NCBI GenBank assembly: GCA_965153355.1
Contig: OZ231126.1
Coordinates: forward strand, 9,238,001 to 9,302,000
Origin: Flaccisagitta enflata
Lineage: Eukaryota
Direction of reading: 5' to 3'
DNA length: 64,000 nucleotides
Part shown: positions 12,490 through 25,616 of the stretch, in pieces
Layout of the letters: each line of letters opens with the position of its first letter
Position numbering within the stretch: position 1 is the stretch's first letter
Program-made: the position numbers and the translations under genes
Notes under the pieces: generated by a model
Told to the model about the DNA's origin: nothing
Databases searched by the model: none
The model's input: only the letters and a program-made list of their open reading frames with translations

Positions 12490-12860
12490 TTACAGGATTT
12501 TGGATCTAGGCAAATCAAACAATTTCCTATTGATTGCACCCTACTTTTAAAAACCATTTCTTAAAAAAATATTTTGTGATTTTTTTTTTTAAGTCCCTAT
12601 CGTGCGGAACAAAAATTTTCTAAGTTTTTTGAAAAAAAAATGAAAATACAAGATTTTGGATCTAGGCAAATCAGAAAATTTCCTATCGATTGCACCCCAC
12701 TTTTAAAAACCATTTTTCAAAAAAATATTTTGTGGTTTTTTTTTTCTAAGTCCTCAACGCGTGACACAAGAATTTTTTAAGTTTTTTTGAAAAAAGTTAA
12801 AATGCAAGATTTTGGATCTAGGCGAATCAAACAATTTCCTATCGATTGCACCCCACTTTT
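12490..12860. repeat. ~157-bp tandem repeat, 2-3 copies, probably inside a transposon remnant
   Basis: GATTTTGGATCTAGGC.AATCA.A.AATTTCCTAT.GATTGCACCC recurs at ~12496, ~12651 and ~12808. Confidence 0.7.
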
Positions 12861-13808
12861 TTTTTTAAGGGCTTTTTTGGGGGCCCTTAGGGGCCCCTAA
12901 GACGTTCAAAATTTTGGTTAATGAGATCAACAGAGTTATGTGCATACACCAAGGTATCTTTCAGGACCAAATTAAGGCTGATTAATTAGACCTCAAGCTC
13001 ATGCCGTTAATCCCTCTGGCCCGGCCGCATTTAAAAGAGAAATCGGAAAATTCACCAGGACTCAGATTCCGGATGTAAGGTCAATCTCTACATATGCCTT
13101 TTCATATTTAACTATGAATGTTACACAATGTTACTACTCAACAATATCTTAAATAAGGACAAGAGCCTTTGGGGCTCTAACTGGTGTTTAATCCGGACCC
13201 ATTACAACTTTCCTGTAAATGCCTGAAAAAATATCCCTCTTCAGAAATTATAAAAAGACTGGTCAAAAGTTATGCAACATTTAGAAAATTGTCACTAATC
13301 TCTGTCTTTACATGAGATATGCAAACCACAAGAAAACACTTGATAAATCGATTGATAGAAAGAAACTCTTTTCGTCCTGAAACAACCCTCTCAAAAATGG
13401 TTGTCTATTTCTCTTTCTGTTTCTCTTTCTCTTTCTCACTCTCTCTCTCTCTCCTTCATTTCATTTTCTTGTATCTTTTTTTCACCTTCGCTTTTTTCCC
13501 CTTTGCCTTTTCTTTCTTCTTGCCCTCCCTCCTTCCTTCCTTCCTTCCTTCCTTCCTTCCTTCCTTCCTTCCTTCCTTCCTTCCTTCTTTCCTTCCTTCT
13601 TGCTTCCCTTCCTTCCAAACCTTCCGAGTATCATTCAGCCCTTCCGAGTAGCGGCGCTACTCGCTACTACAAGATATACAGGTCTGTCCAGCATTACGGC
13701 CCTTCCGATCCAATTGTGTTACCGATATTTTATGTAGATCAATTCACAGAATCTCGATTCACAAACATGACTCGCCAGACGATGTATGAGAATTGAAGTA
13801 AAACGAAA

Positions 13809-13866
13809 AATGACTTAAGTCAAAGAAGGAAGAAGGGAAAGAAGCGGAAACGGACCCGGAAGCGTT
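13809..13866 (+). promoter_or_regulatory. Putative proximal promoter of ZF-B, conserved upstream of ZF-D
   Basis: Palindrome TGACTTAAGTCA (13811-13822) + AAGAAG, then GAAGCGGAA/CCGGAAG ETS-like motifs; ZF-D has TGACTCAAGTCA AAGAAG (37466-37483) and GGAAGCGGAA. Confidence 0.4.
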
Positions 13867-13909
13867 CGTAGGATGTGCCTATGAGCCTTGAAGTGAGGCC
13901 ACGATGACG

Positions 13910-13996
13910 ATGACGGCCAAAGTGGAGAGAGGAACCGTCACTATCGGCAAAGAAAAAGCCAGGTAAGACTAATCTGAATTCTGATGATGATCCAAG

Positions 13997-14076
<80 letters not shown>

Positions 14077-16209
14077 TGATGATCGAAGTATCTCTCTCTC
14101 TCTTTCTCTTTCTTTCTCTTTCTTTCTTCTTTTTTTGGCCACATCGAGTTATTTCTCGATGTGGTCTATAACATAGCCTTGAAAATTCCTTTCGTGTAGT
14201 GAGTCGTCGTCGTCGTCGTCGTTTGTCTCAACCCTCGAAAACTTGAGATCCAGTACTCAGATGTTGATGAAACTTGGTCAGTGTTATTTTTAGGGCATTA
14301 CTAACCTGTGTACCAACTTTCAACAACATTCATAAATATTTAATACCCTTTGCCTATTATTTTTGTAGTAATATTAATTCCTGGAGTTGTGCAATTTACA
14401 TAGGGGAAGGGTAGAAAAGGTTCACCAATGTTGTTCAAACTTGCTGTGAAGGGTCATTGTATCAATTAAAGCTCCCCTGCAAGATTTCAGATAATTCTGA
14501 GTATTGGTTTAGAAGATATTAGGACGCACTGAAATTAAAGTAAGAGGAGTTTACCCAGAGGACAAAGATACTATTTACTTTACTATTTTATCATAGGTCA
14601 ATGCTTGAGTTGATTTTTTTGTACTTAAATGTGTAAACTTACATGAGGAAACCGATCTGTTACCGTCAAATGACCAAAATGCAAAAAGATTGAAGGAAAT
14701 TCGATTTTAATGAGACTAAAGAGTGAAAAAAATAATGACAATCGTTTTAGTTACTGCTCACTGAAAATTTTAAATTTGCATAAAAAATTAAAATATCATT
14801 AAAATAAGAACATAGCGCCCTCAGTTTATGTTTTAGGAATCGCGCTATGTTCTCATTTTGTTGATATTTTGATTTTCTATGCAAATTTAAAATTTTCAAT
14901 GAGCCATGGTACATTGACAAAATAAGTTTTTTATTGTATTTCATATATTTTTTCAGCTGTAAAACAAAGGATTGGATATTAAGACTTGCATATGCAAGTC
15001 AATTCATGCAAAATATGGCTGTTGACAGTTTACTTGAAAACATAAAGACAAAAATTGTCATTAAATTTCATTTTATAAATTTCTTGACTTATCTAGCTCG
15101 GGTAGCAAATTCTATGGTAATTTTCAGTGCGTCTTAGGGTATTTTGCTAGTAATATTAATTCCTGGACTTGTGCAAATTACATAGGGGAAGGGTAGTAAA
15201 GGTTCACCAATATTGTTCAAACTTGTTGTGAAGGTTCATAGCATCAATTAAAGCTCCCCTGCAAGATTTCAGTAAATTCTGAGTATTGGTTAAGAAATTA
15301 TAAGGGTATTTATGATGTATCTAGTCTAGTAACATTGTTTCCTGGACTTGAAAAATTTTATTGAAAAAAAATTTTTTTTTTTTGAAATTTTTTTTCTTTT
15401 TTTTGGAATTTTTTTTTTTCAAAAATATTCTTTTTTTTTTTTTGAAAAATATTTTTTTCCAAATTTTTTTTTTTCCAAAGTTTGTTTTTTTTTTAAATTT
15501 TTTTTGTAGTTATTATTTTTCATTGTGGTACTTCCAGGTATGCCATCATAGACTTCCATGTATGCCATCATAACTTCCATGTATGCCATCATAACTTCCA
15601 GGTACGCCATCATAGACTTCCAGGTATGCCATCATGGACTTCCAGGTTAGCCGGGTCTGATCGAGTAGCCGGGTCTGATCGAGTAGCTGGGTCTGATCAA
15701 GTAGCCGGGTCTGATCGAGTAGCGGGGTCTGATCGAGTAGCCGGGTCTGATCGAGTAGCCGGGTCTGATTGAGTAGCCGGGTCTGATCGAGTAGCCGGGT
15801 CTGATCGAGTAGCCGGGTCTGATCGAGTAGCCGGGTCTGATCGAGTAGCCGGGTCTGATCGAGTAGCCGGGTCTGATCGAGTAGCCGGGTCTGATCGAGT
15901 AGCCGGGTCTGATCGAGTAGCCGGGTCTGATCGAGTAGCCGGGTCTGATCGAGCAGCCGGGTCTGATCGAGTAGCTGGTCTGATCGAGTAGCCGGGTCTG
16001 ACGCAGCAGCCGAGGCCGGTCGACGAGTAGCCGGGTCTGATCGAGTAGCCGGGTCTGATCGAGTAGCCGGGTCTGATCGAGTAGCCGGGTCTGATCGAGT
16101 AGCCGGGTCTGATCGAGTAGCCGGGTCTGATCGAGTAGCCGGGTCTGATCGAGTAGCCGGGTCTGATCGAGTAGCCGCGTTTATTTTCACTTTAGTAACG
16201 GACAGACAG

Positions 16210-16277
<68 letters not shown>

Positions 16278-18369
16278 ACGCACGCACACACACACACACA
16301 AACAGACAAGCGCGCACTCACTTTTCTCAATGTCATTTTTCTTCATCACACAACAAATTTTTCCAGATGGGAGAAAGCCAAAGTTGGCCTTTCTTCCGCG
16401 GACGACCAATCTTTGGCAAAATTCCTTCTGGATTTGTACTTCAAAAAAGGCACCGGAGCTCCATTCAAACGATGTCGATGCGGCGCCACCAGACTTTCGA
16501 TTGAAGATGATGATGACGACGTCGACGGCAATTTGCTGAACCGCGTCGTCGACTCCAACGCCAATTTAGAGTCTACTCCAAACGACGGAGGCGAATTACG
16601 GTACGTTAAATGGTACTACTGCACGGCTTACGAGCAAATGGTGCAACTTCGAGCGTCATTTGATGATTTATTCAAATTATGTAATTTGTTAGTCTCCTGA
16701 GTCTTGATATCCATTACTGGGGGGTTCAACTGTATTTCTATTAATTTCAGACTTGGTGACGCCTCGAGCGCGAAAAACCTATCGGTTAAAGTCGAGATCA
16801 AAGAAGAAGACAAAACAGCGAGTGATGATTGTGTCATCGCAGATTACATCGCTAAAACCAGACGGGGCGCAGTAAAGCGGAGAAAATCTTCGGGAACTGC
16901 CGCTGATGAGAACGCCGGATGTGAGAGCCCTGGTAGCAATGGAAAGGGCGAAATTAGTCGCGACAGAAAAATTAATAGCCCTGGTAGTAGCGAAAAGGAC
17001 AAAGCTAGTCACGACAGCAAGATAAATAGCACAATCTATAAAAGCAAGAATAGTCATAGCATAAATGACTCAACCCTCGACGTGGATTCTTCCAATGCAG
17101 TCATGTTGCGGGCGCCGGAAGTGGAAACTTTGACTTCTACAGATGCTGAAACATTAGCGTCTCTCACGGCCTGGTGGAATAGCTATGCGTGTGCAAGCGT
17201 GATTGGTGAAGTCGATCATGGGAAAGGCGGTGGCGAGAGGTTGGCAGATACAATTGGTGGTGCGGAGGTAAAGGTGGTTGTTGACTCAAAGAACCACTCG
17301 TGTCTCGCGAAGACCGAGAAGCTCACCAAGAATGGCAAAAAAATGGGGAGACCGAAAAAGATTCCGACGAAACGCGGGCGATATCCACGAATTAAGAAAA
17401 TCGTTTCCTCGTCCGTGGGAAGGGAAAAAGAAAACTGTCAAAAGAAGGAAATGAAAACTGAAAATCTTTCGGAAATAAAGGCAGTTGAGAATACAGGAGA
17501 CGCCTCTCATTTGCGGTTTAAAAACTCTGAAAATAAAGCCAAAAGCAAAAATGATAGTGATAATGATGAGGGTGACGATTGTGGCGGTGGAAAGGAGATC
17601 GTAGCATATCCATTCGCTATTACATTTGGATCAAGTCAGGCGGAAGAGGAGGAGAAGGAGAGGAAGAAGAAGGAGAGAGAAGAGGAGGAAAAGGAAGTGA
17701 TTGCCGGGATTAAGAAAGGAAGTGAGAATTCACGCTTACGTTTACGGTTACGTTCAAAGGATAAAGCGCAGACAGAATTGAAGGACGAGAATGGAATGAG
17801 AACTGAGTTTGAAGAGGAAGAGGAGGAAGAAATGGAAAAGGACGATCTTGATGGGTCTGATGATCCCGATTATGATCCTGAATTTCTCGTTGATGAGCGC
17901 TTGGAAGATTCAGAGGGAGATTTTGGCGAGTCGGAATGGGATTTGAAAAATCTGGGGCTAGTCACGGAAGTCGCGTCCAAAGAGAAAGAAAAGGAGGAAA
18001 CGGAGGTAGTCGCCTTGTTATAGCTATGAATCGTGTTTTGCGGGTTTTAATGTAATATCTTGCGCGCATGTTTTTAGGCGTCTTAAGTCATTTTAAGTCA
18101 ATTTGAGTCATCCTAAGTTATTAATGTCCCGCACGCAACTTATAGGTGTTGGCCTTGTTTTTATGCGCTGAATTTATGCTTAATTCGCGCGGTGGTATTG
18201 AGTTAAGTATTCTTTTATAGGAATTTCGGAATGAGAAATATTTGGAGCATTTCGACATTTTGGCGGATGAAGAGGAGAGAGTTGCCTGCCGTCTTTGCGA
18301 TGCACGAATCCTGTCCAATACAAAATCACTTGCTAACCATTTGAAACTGCAACATGGTTAGACTTAACT

Positions 18370-18452
<83 letters not shown>

Positions 18453-18778
18453 GCTGACAGACACACTGACTGACAGACACACTGACTGACAGACACGCTG
18501 ACTGACAGACACGCTGACTGAGAGACACGTTGAATGAGAGACACGTTGAATGAGAGACACGTTGAATGAGAGACACGTTGAATGAGAGACACGTTGAATG
18601 AGAGACACGTTGAATGAGAGACACGTTGAATGAGAGACACGTTGAATGAGAGACACGTTGAATGAGAGACACATTGAATGAGAGACACTGTATGACAGAC
18701 AGACACAGACACACACTAATAGACAGACACAACAAGAGACACACACACACACTGACAGACACACTGATGACAGACAGA

Positions 18779-18842
<64 letters not shown>

Positions 18843-20465
18843 ACAGACACTGACAGACAGATAGAAGAGGGGGTTTAGGTAGAAATTCCATTGGATTTTG
18901 CCTTATTTCTTTCGGCTCAGGTCTGATGATGAAAGGCGAGGCAATTCAGCCGCTTTTCTGCGATAAAGTTGGATGCGATCAATCAATCATTTTCGTCACG
19001 TTCGAAGAATTAGCCACACACAACAAACTCCTCCACCGCGCTGCTAGTAAGGATTAGAGAATCTCGATTTGTTTTTCTATCGACATACAGGAAATGGTCT
19101 TGATATGTACTGAATGGCTATTATTAGGTACATGAATATGCGACGCGATTTTTTCTTAATCTCCTAATGCACATCAGAGAATTACAACAATTCGAAAGAA
19201 GGAGCCGGTCTAGTTTGTTTCCTCTGCGGAGTCGCCGTGAAAAATCTGAATGTGCACATGAAAATGGTTCATACCATCAAGGAAACAATTCCATGCTCTT
19301 ATCCAGGTTTGTTATACTTCCGCGGCAATTGACAATGTCAGCACCTTTGGAAATATTTTTAGTCGCGTTCACGCGACTACACCCCGTTGGTCTGTTGGTT
19401 TGTTGGTCACACTTTACTTTTTTTATGCTCCTGCCAAAATGCTCTGGTGGCCTCAAATATAGCCCCTGCCCACCCGCACGCGACTGGGGTAGCCGTGTTT
19501 CCGGCCTTATTGAAAGTACAATATGGCAGTTTTGTTCTTGAGGCACTTGTGTCAATTTTTAATCAGAAGTTCATGAACATGAACATCCTTAACACCTTAA
19601 ACAAATCCTCAACTTATCTTGTAATTGTCGCATTATAGGTTGTGGAAAGCTTTTTTCGAAGAATACGATAAAGAAGCACATGAACTGTCATTTGCCAGGG
19701 ATTTGTCCCTATCCCCACTGCAAAAAGAAATTCACTTCGAAAAATCGCCTCAAATGTCATGTCGAAATGTAAGAATAATTCTCGACAGGATTTTTCTTCT
19801 TCTTCTTCTTCTTTTATTTCTTCTTCTGTTTCTTCTTCTTCTTCTTCTTCTTCTTCTTCTTCTTCTTCTTCTTCTTCTTCTTCTTCTTCTTCTTCTTCTT
19901 CTTCTTCTTCTTCTACTTCTTCTTCTTCTTCTTATTCTTCTTCTTCTTGTTCTTCTTGTTCTTCATCTCCTTCTTCATCTCCTTCTTCATTTTTTTCTTC
20001 TTCTCTTTCTTCTTTTTCTTCATTTTCTTCTTTTTCTTTTTGATCTTTTTCTCCTTTTTTCCCTTTAGTTCGTTGGATCATCTATCCGTTTGGCCATCAC
20101 GCTCTGTAGTTAAAAACACGAAAACGCATATTTCTGAGGCTGCAGTTGCTATTGTGTGTGGTCATGTTTGTGAGTGGGTGGGTTGACAGGGGAGGTGAGG
20201 GTGGGGGTTGGATGCCCCTGCCCGTCCGCAACAATATTGTGGCCTGCGTCAATTGTTCTTGATCTTCTCACCGGCTTCTATATTTTTAGATGCGTCCTCG
20301 CATCTCTATAATAGGCCATGTCCGTCCGTCGGTTGGTCGGTCGGTTGGTCGGTTGGTTACGCATTCGTCCGAAACGAGAAATCCACGATATCTTTACAGA
20401 ATATTGCATCATAATCATCAGCATCATCATCGTCAACATATTCGTCATCATAATCATCGTCATCG

Positions 20466-20503
<38 letters not shown>

Positions 20504-20863
20504 TTCATCGTCGTCATCATCAGCGTCGTCGTCAAAGTTGTCATCATCAGCGTCAACGTTACAATCCACATCGTTGTCATCATTCATCAACATCATCATT
20601 ACCAGTTTTTAGATGCGTCCTCGCATCTCTATAATAGGCCATGTCCGTCCGTCGGTTGGTTGGTCGGTCGGTCGGTTGGTTACGCATTCGTCCAAATCGA
20701 GAAATCCACGATTTTTAGATGCGTCCTCGCATCTCTATAATAGGCCATGTCCGTCCGTTGGTCGGTCGGTTGGTCGGTCGGTTGGTTACGCATTCGTCAA
20801 TATCGCGAAACTCGTCATAATTTCGATGTAAAAGTGCATCATCATCATCGTAATCATCATTGA

Positions 20864-20931
<68 letters not shown>

Positions 20932-22335
20932 CCACCATCATCATCATCATCACCATCATCATCATCGTCGTCGTCGTCTTTGTCGTCATCATCATCGTCT
21001 TCCCCATCATAGTCATCGTGAACATTGACGTCCTCATCATCGTCGTCGTTATCGTCGTCGTCGTCATCAGCGTCATCATTGTCATCATCGTCGTCATCAT
21101 CGTCGTCATGTTACACCGTATAAAGTAGACCTTATAAAGTGAGACTGTATAAAGTAGACCTCATAAAGTGAGACCGTATAAAGTAACACCATATAAAGTA
21201 CGACCCTATACAGTGAGATCATATGAAATTAGACCATATAAACCAAGATCGTATAAAGAAAGACCATTTAAACCAAGACAAGACGCATCAACATTATCGT
21301 CGTCATCATAAACAACATTATTGCCATCATCATAAACATCAGCATCATAGTTACCATCATCATCATCAGCATCATCATCATTGTTACCGTCATCATCATC
21401 AGCGTCGTCATCATAATCATCATCATCATTTCCATCGACATCATCATTATCATAGTTTCTTTCCCGTCATCATCATAATCATCATCATCATCATCATCAT
21501 TGTTACCATCGTCATCATCTTTACCATCATCATTGTCATCAGCGTCGTCGTCGTGGTTGTCATCAGCATCATCGTTACAATTGTCATCATTTATCAACAT
21601 GATCATTAACGTAGTTTTTTTTCTGTCGTCATCATCATCATCGTCATATTCATCATCATCATCGTCATGTTCATCATCATCATCATCATCATATTCATCG
21701 TCACCATCATCAGCGTCATCGCTACAATTGTCATAATTGTCATCATTCAACATCATCATTACTATTGTATTTTTCAAGATGCGTCCTCGCATCTCTATAT
21801 GAGGGCATGTCCGTCCGTCGGTTGGTCGGTCGGTTACACATTTATCATAATCCACTATATCTATGCCATATTACACATGAATCACAACTGGATCAATAAA
21901 GCAGAGCAACATAGCGTCAAATCAGATTATATCTAAGAAGACATTTTTAATGAGATTAAAGTAGAACCGTATAAAGAAAGACCATATCAAGAAAGACCAT
22001 ATAGAGAAAGACCATATAAAGAAAGACCATATAAAGAAAGACCATATAAAGAAAGACCATATAAAGAAAGACCATATAAAGAAAGACCATATAAAGAAAG
22101 ACCATATAAAGAAAGACCATATAAAGAAAGACCATATAAAGAAAGACCATATAAAGAAAGACCATATAAATAAAGAAGAGGGCGCATCGTTGGCCTATCT
22201 GGCCTTGTTCATTCAACCTTTCGCTCTCTTCAGCGTGCACGAAGCTCATCTACAGAAGAAATTTCCGTGTCCCCACTGCCCTCAAATTTACAAGGTCAGC
22301 ATTTCACAATAAATCTGCTTTTGACCGAATTTATC

Positions 22336-22430
<95 letters not shown>

Positions 22431-22431
22431 A

Positions 22432-22508
<77 letters not shown>

Positions 22509-22512
22509 GGCA

Positions 22513-22611
<99 letters not shown>

Positions 22612-23520
22612 AGAAAAAAGGCTGAGACAGAGATCGTGCTCGAGAGACACAGAAAGTGAGATTCAGACAGGAAGACCGACCTATTCACATGACGCATTTT
22701 TTGCGTGTCTTCCTTTCGCAGAGAACAGTTGATTTGAGACGACACATTTCCGAAGTGCACGTGTTGGGTAAAATTTTCAACTGTCCGGAAATGGGCTGCA
22801 ATCAGGTTTTCAGGCGGCAGACCACTCTGGACCAACACGCCAGACTACACCTCAACATTAAACCATTCCAATGCCTCTGGTGTGACTTCACAGGTGAGTG
22901 CCAATCTTATTTAATTGTCTCTGCAAACCTCATGGATACACCGGAACAGGGCCGTCTATACGGTTATCCAAGTCGAGCGCGGGTGTGCAGGGGCAGTGAT
23001 GAAAATAGTAATATACCATATGATAATCATAATGTTTCTATTTTCGTCAACATAGCAAGCAACAATCAATCAATTACAGTACTACTGTTCTACTACAAAA
23101 CATGTGTAAAAGAAAAAAGAAATCAAACATCAAGGAATTCGATTCATTTCCCTCTCTTCATTTATTTGGGCAAGATCAGTGATTCAAAATCTGCTCGTAA
23201 TTGCCAAAACAGTTGGTGAAGTTTGACGGATGGATGGATCATTTGACGGAACGACAGATCGACAGACAAAGCGGGTTGTCGAGTTGCGTGCACGCGGCTA
23301 AAAAGTCGGCTATTTGATTGGTCTTCTAGGCGCTCAGCAGAACAACATTCGATCTCACGCCTCAACTACGCACAAGGAAGAGTTTCAGTTTGCGCAGAAT
23401 TCGGGATTACGATATTGGCAGAAGACAGATTCCCCGCATCCTCCTCATCTCCCTCCACCTCCTCAACGAGCTGTATCAACAAGTCTGTATCCTCAGTTGA
23501 CACTTAAAATGGATTTTTAG
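13910..23520 (+). CDS. ZF-B: C2H2 zinc-finger protein (8 fingers) with N-terminal IGKEKARWEKAK..LAKFLLDLY module, AT-hook-like motif and acidic linker
   Basis: Exons 13910(or 13904)-13962, 16367-16600, 16751-18005, 18221-18356, 18921-19046, 19178-19306, 19639-19768, 22234-22294, 22722-22893, 23330-23520; all GT-AG and phase-consistent; colinear with ZF-D. A small extra terminal exon at 23791-23813 is possible. Confidence 0.88.
14523..15133. mobile_element. Non-autonomous TIR element with GAC...GTC ends and 4-bp TSD TTAG
   Basis: TTAG|GACGCACTGAAATT ... AATTTTCAGTGCGTC|TTAG; partial second copy in reverse at 34052-~34315. Confidence 0.8.
15531..16177. repeat. 21-bp repeat followed by 18-bp minisatellite (GATCGAGTAGCCGGGTCT)n
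   Basis: About 5 copies of CTTCCA.GTATGCCATCATA.A, then roughly 29 copies of the 18-mer. Confidence 0.95.
18520..18690. repeat. 16-bp minisatellite (CACGTTGAATGAGAGA)n within a GA/CA microsatellite block
   Basis: About 10 direct copies; absent from the paralogous ZF-A intron. Confidence 0.9.
19356..19511 (+). mobile_element. HINE (AGTCGCGTGCACGCGACT family)
   Basis: TTTTTAGTCGCGTTCACGCGACT ... CCCACCCGCACGCGACTGGGGTAGCCGTGTTTCCGGCCTTATT. Related copies: 22944-23304(-), 23514-23716(+), 35111-35342(-), 35561-35728(+), 36243-36431(+), 37676-37868(-), 49170-49385(-), 57418-58012(+). Confidence 0.8.
20283..22209 (+). mobile_element. Multi-headed HINE (AGATGCGTCCTCGCATCT family) with (CAT)n and 15-bp arrays
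   Basis: The 5' hairpin head + GTCC/GGTC repeats recurs at ~20288, 20611, 20717 and 21777; single 3' end GGGCGCATCGTTGGCCTATCTGGCCTTGTT; (GAAAGACCATATAAA)n at ~21975-22170. Confidence 0.75.
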
Positions 23521-24238
23521 TCGCGGACTAGCGACTCTGAAAGGGGCTTTGTCTGTCAGACGGTTTGTCGGTCCTACTGTAATGCATGAGTGAAAAAGTG
23601 TAGAAACGCACATTTATAGGGTTTGTGACGATGTGAGTGGAGGGGGGCGTGGCGAAGGGGGTTATACTCCCCTGCCCACCTGTCCGCGACGATAATGTAA
23701 CCCCGCGTTACTTGTTAACTTGACTCTACAATGAGTGTAAATTTGATCTAAGATGGACTCAAAAAGTTCATTTTTTTTTCCATTTTCATCAGATCTCCCG
23801 TCTATTCCGGCCTAGTCCTCTTTCGCTTAGGCTCTATCTGACTTTCATCTCAATCAAATTTTTCATCCTCTGCAAATGTCTTCATCGTTATTACGGCCGA
23901 AATTTTGATTAAAATTGACCATCGGAATGCTGACTTCGGTTTATTTACGCCGAAATTGACGATTGTCAAAACTAGGTTATGCAGCAATGCTTTGAAGTAT
24001 TTCTGCCTGAGTTTTTCCTCAATTCTACAATATTGTTTTTGAAATAACTGCTAAATTGAAAATAGTAACAGTATTTTGTGTATTCGCATTCGGCTTTCCA
24101 GGCGCAATCATCAAGATTAATAGATCCATCGTTAAAGCTTACAAATTTTGATTGACTGATTCGTAGTTAGAAACCCAATCAAACTTATGCAAAGTTAATC
24201 TATCGAGGTGGAACTGTGTCGACCGCGTTCCTGACAAG

Positions 24239-25585
24239 ATGGCATTAGACGGTGTCTCCCACTCCAACGAACAGTTTTCGACAAAGTACACAGCAGTATG
24301 TTTCATGGTGGTCAAGAATATCCCTCAATTGCTAGCAGACATAGCCCATGTTTACTCGCCTCCCTTCACCTGCGCAGATGATCCAATTCGCACCACCTTC
24401 AAGATGCAGCTGGGTTTTGGAACGGAGAAGGATGGCGAGCTATCAATATACTTCTGGCCCTGTTCCAGTGATGTCAAATTGTTCCAAATTTCTGTTCATA
24501 TATGGAATAAGGATATGAGGAAAAGATGTGGTTACAATTTGAACCCTATTAACGAATTTAATGTGGTTTTCCGACGATGCGGTCCTAGCGTTGTTCCGAT
24601 CCGTAACGACGACGAAGAACTCAGAATCTTGCTGGAAGTAACATATGAAACGGCGTACTCTACAACCACCACGTCGAACAACTCCCTTTCGCTCCCGCCG
24701 AATCTCATTGAATTTAGAAAAGCCCTCGTAGGTCTGATGGGAATCACCGATAAAACCGATATCACAGTCAGTGTTGGTAATGTTTGGTTCCGCTGCCACA
24801 AAGTCGTGCTCGTTGCGAGATCTTCATACTTCAGAGCTTTGCTCCAATCTGGCATGGAAGAAACTGTGTCTAACAAAATTACGTTGACCGACATCTCGCC
24901 CGAGCTTTTCCGTCATGTGAGGAGATTCCTTTACTCTGGCCAGTTGCCCGATGATCTGGCGGGTATCGCGTTCGATCTTCTTCCATTCTCCGACAAATAC
25001 GTTTTGGATGAATTAAAGGCGGCTTGCGGAGATGCAATACGACCCTTTGTTACGCCCGATAACGTTATTCGGGCGATTGTTTTGGCCGACACACACAATT
25101 GCCCGAATTTGTTTCGTCACTGCCTTCCCATTTTCAAAGAGAACATCGACGCACTCGAACAGAAAGAAGAGTGGGAGTCTCTCTTCATCCGGGATCTGAT
25201 GGAACGTCTCCTCAAATCATGCTGTAAAGATGTTGTCAACGATACCAGCGCAACCGACGATTCGGCTGAATGCGTTCCTATCGGCTTTGTTATGCAATTA
25301 TGCACGGATATGGGGAGAATGTTTGGAGATACATTGGTTGCCGAGGTAGGGTCGGGGGGGGGGGGCTGTAGAGCGTTGATTATCATTCCGACGCTGACCA
25401 TAGCTCAAGACGGGTGGTTGTTGTTGTTTAAATTTACTGACAAAAGTGAAATGTCAAAATGCATGAAGTTAAACCCCCAATAAGTGTAGTACCTTCTTAG
25501 TCCCTACAGTCTATATTTTTGAATTGATAGACACTCATAATAAAAGAATGAAACCTTACTTAAATCAGTACAATGAGAGAGAGAA

Positions 25586-25616
<31 letters not shown>

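Larger units (their letters stand above)
14131..16180 (+). mobile_element. DINE-1/HINE-like element with internal tandem arrays; 3' end uncertain
   Basis: T-run, hairpin GGCCACATCGAG-ttattt-CTCGATGTGGTC (14137-14166), (GTC)n, GATGAAACTTGG core, duplicated ~170-bp block (14365-14520 and 15145-15305). Confidence 0.6.
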
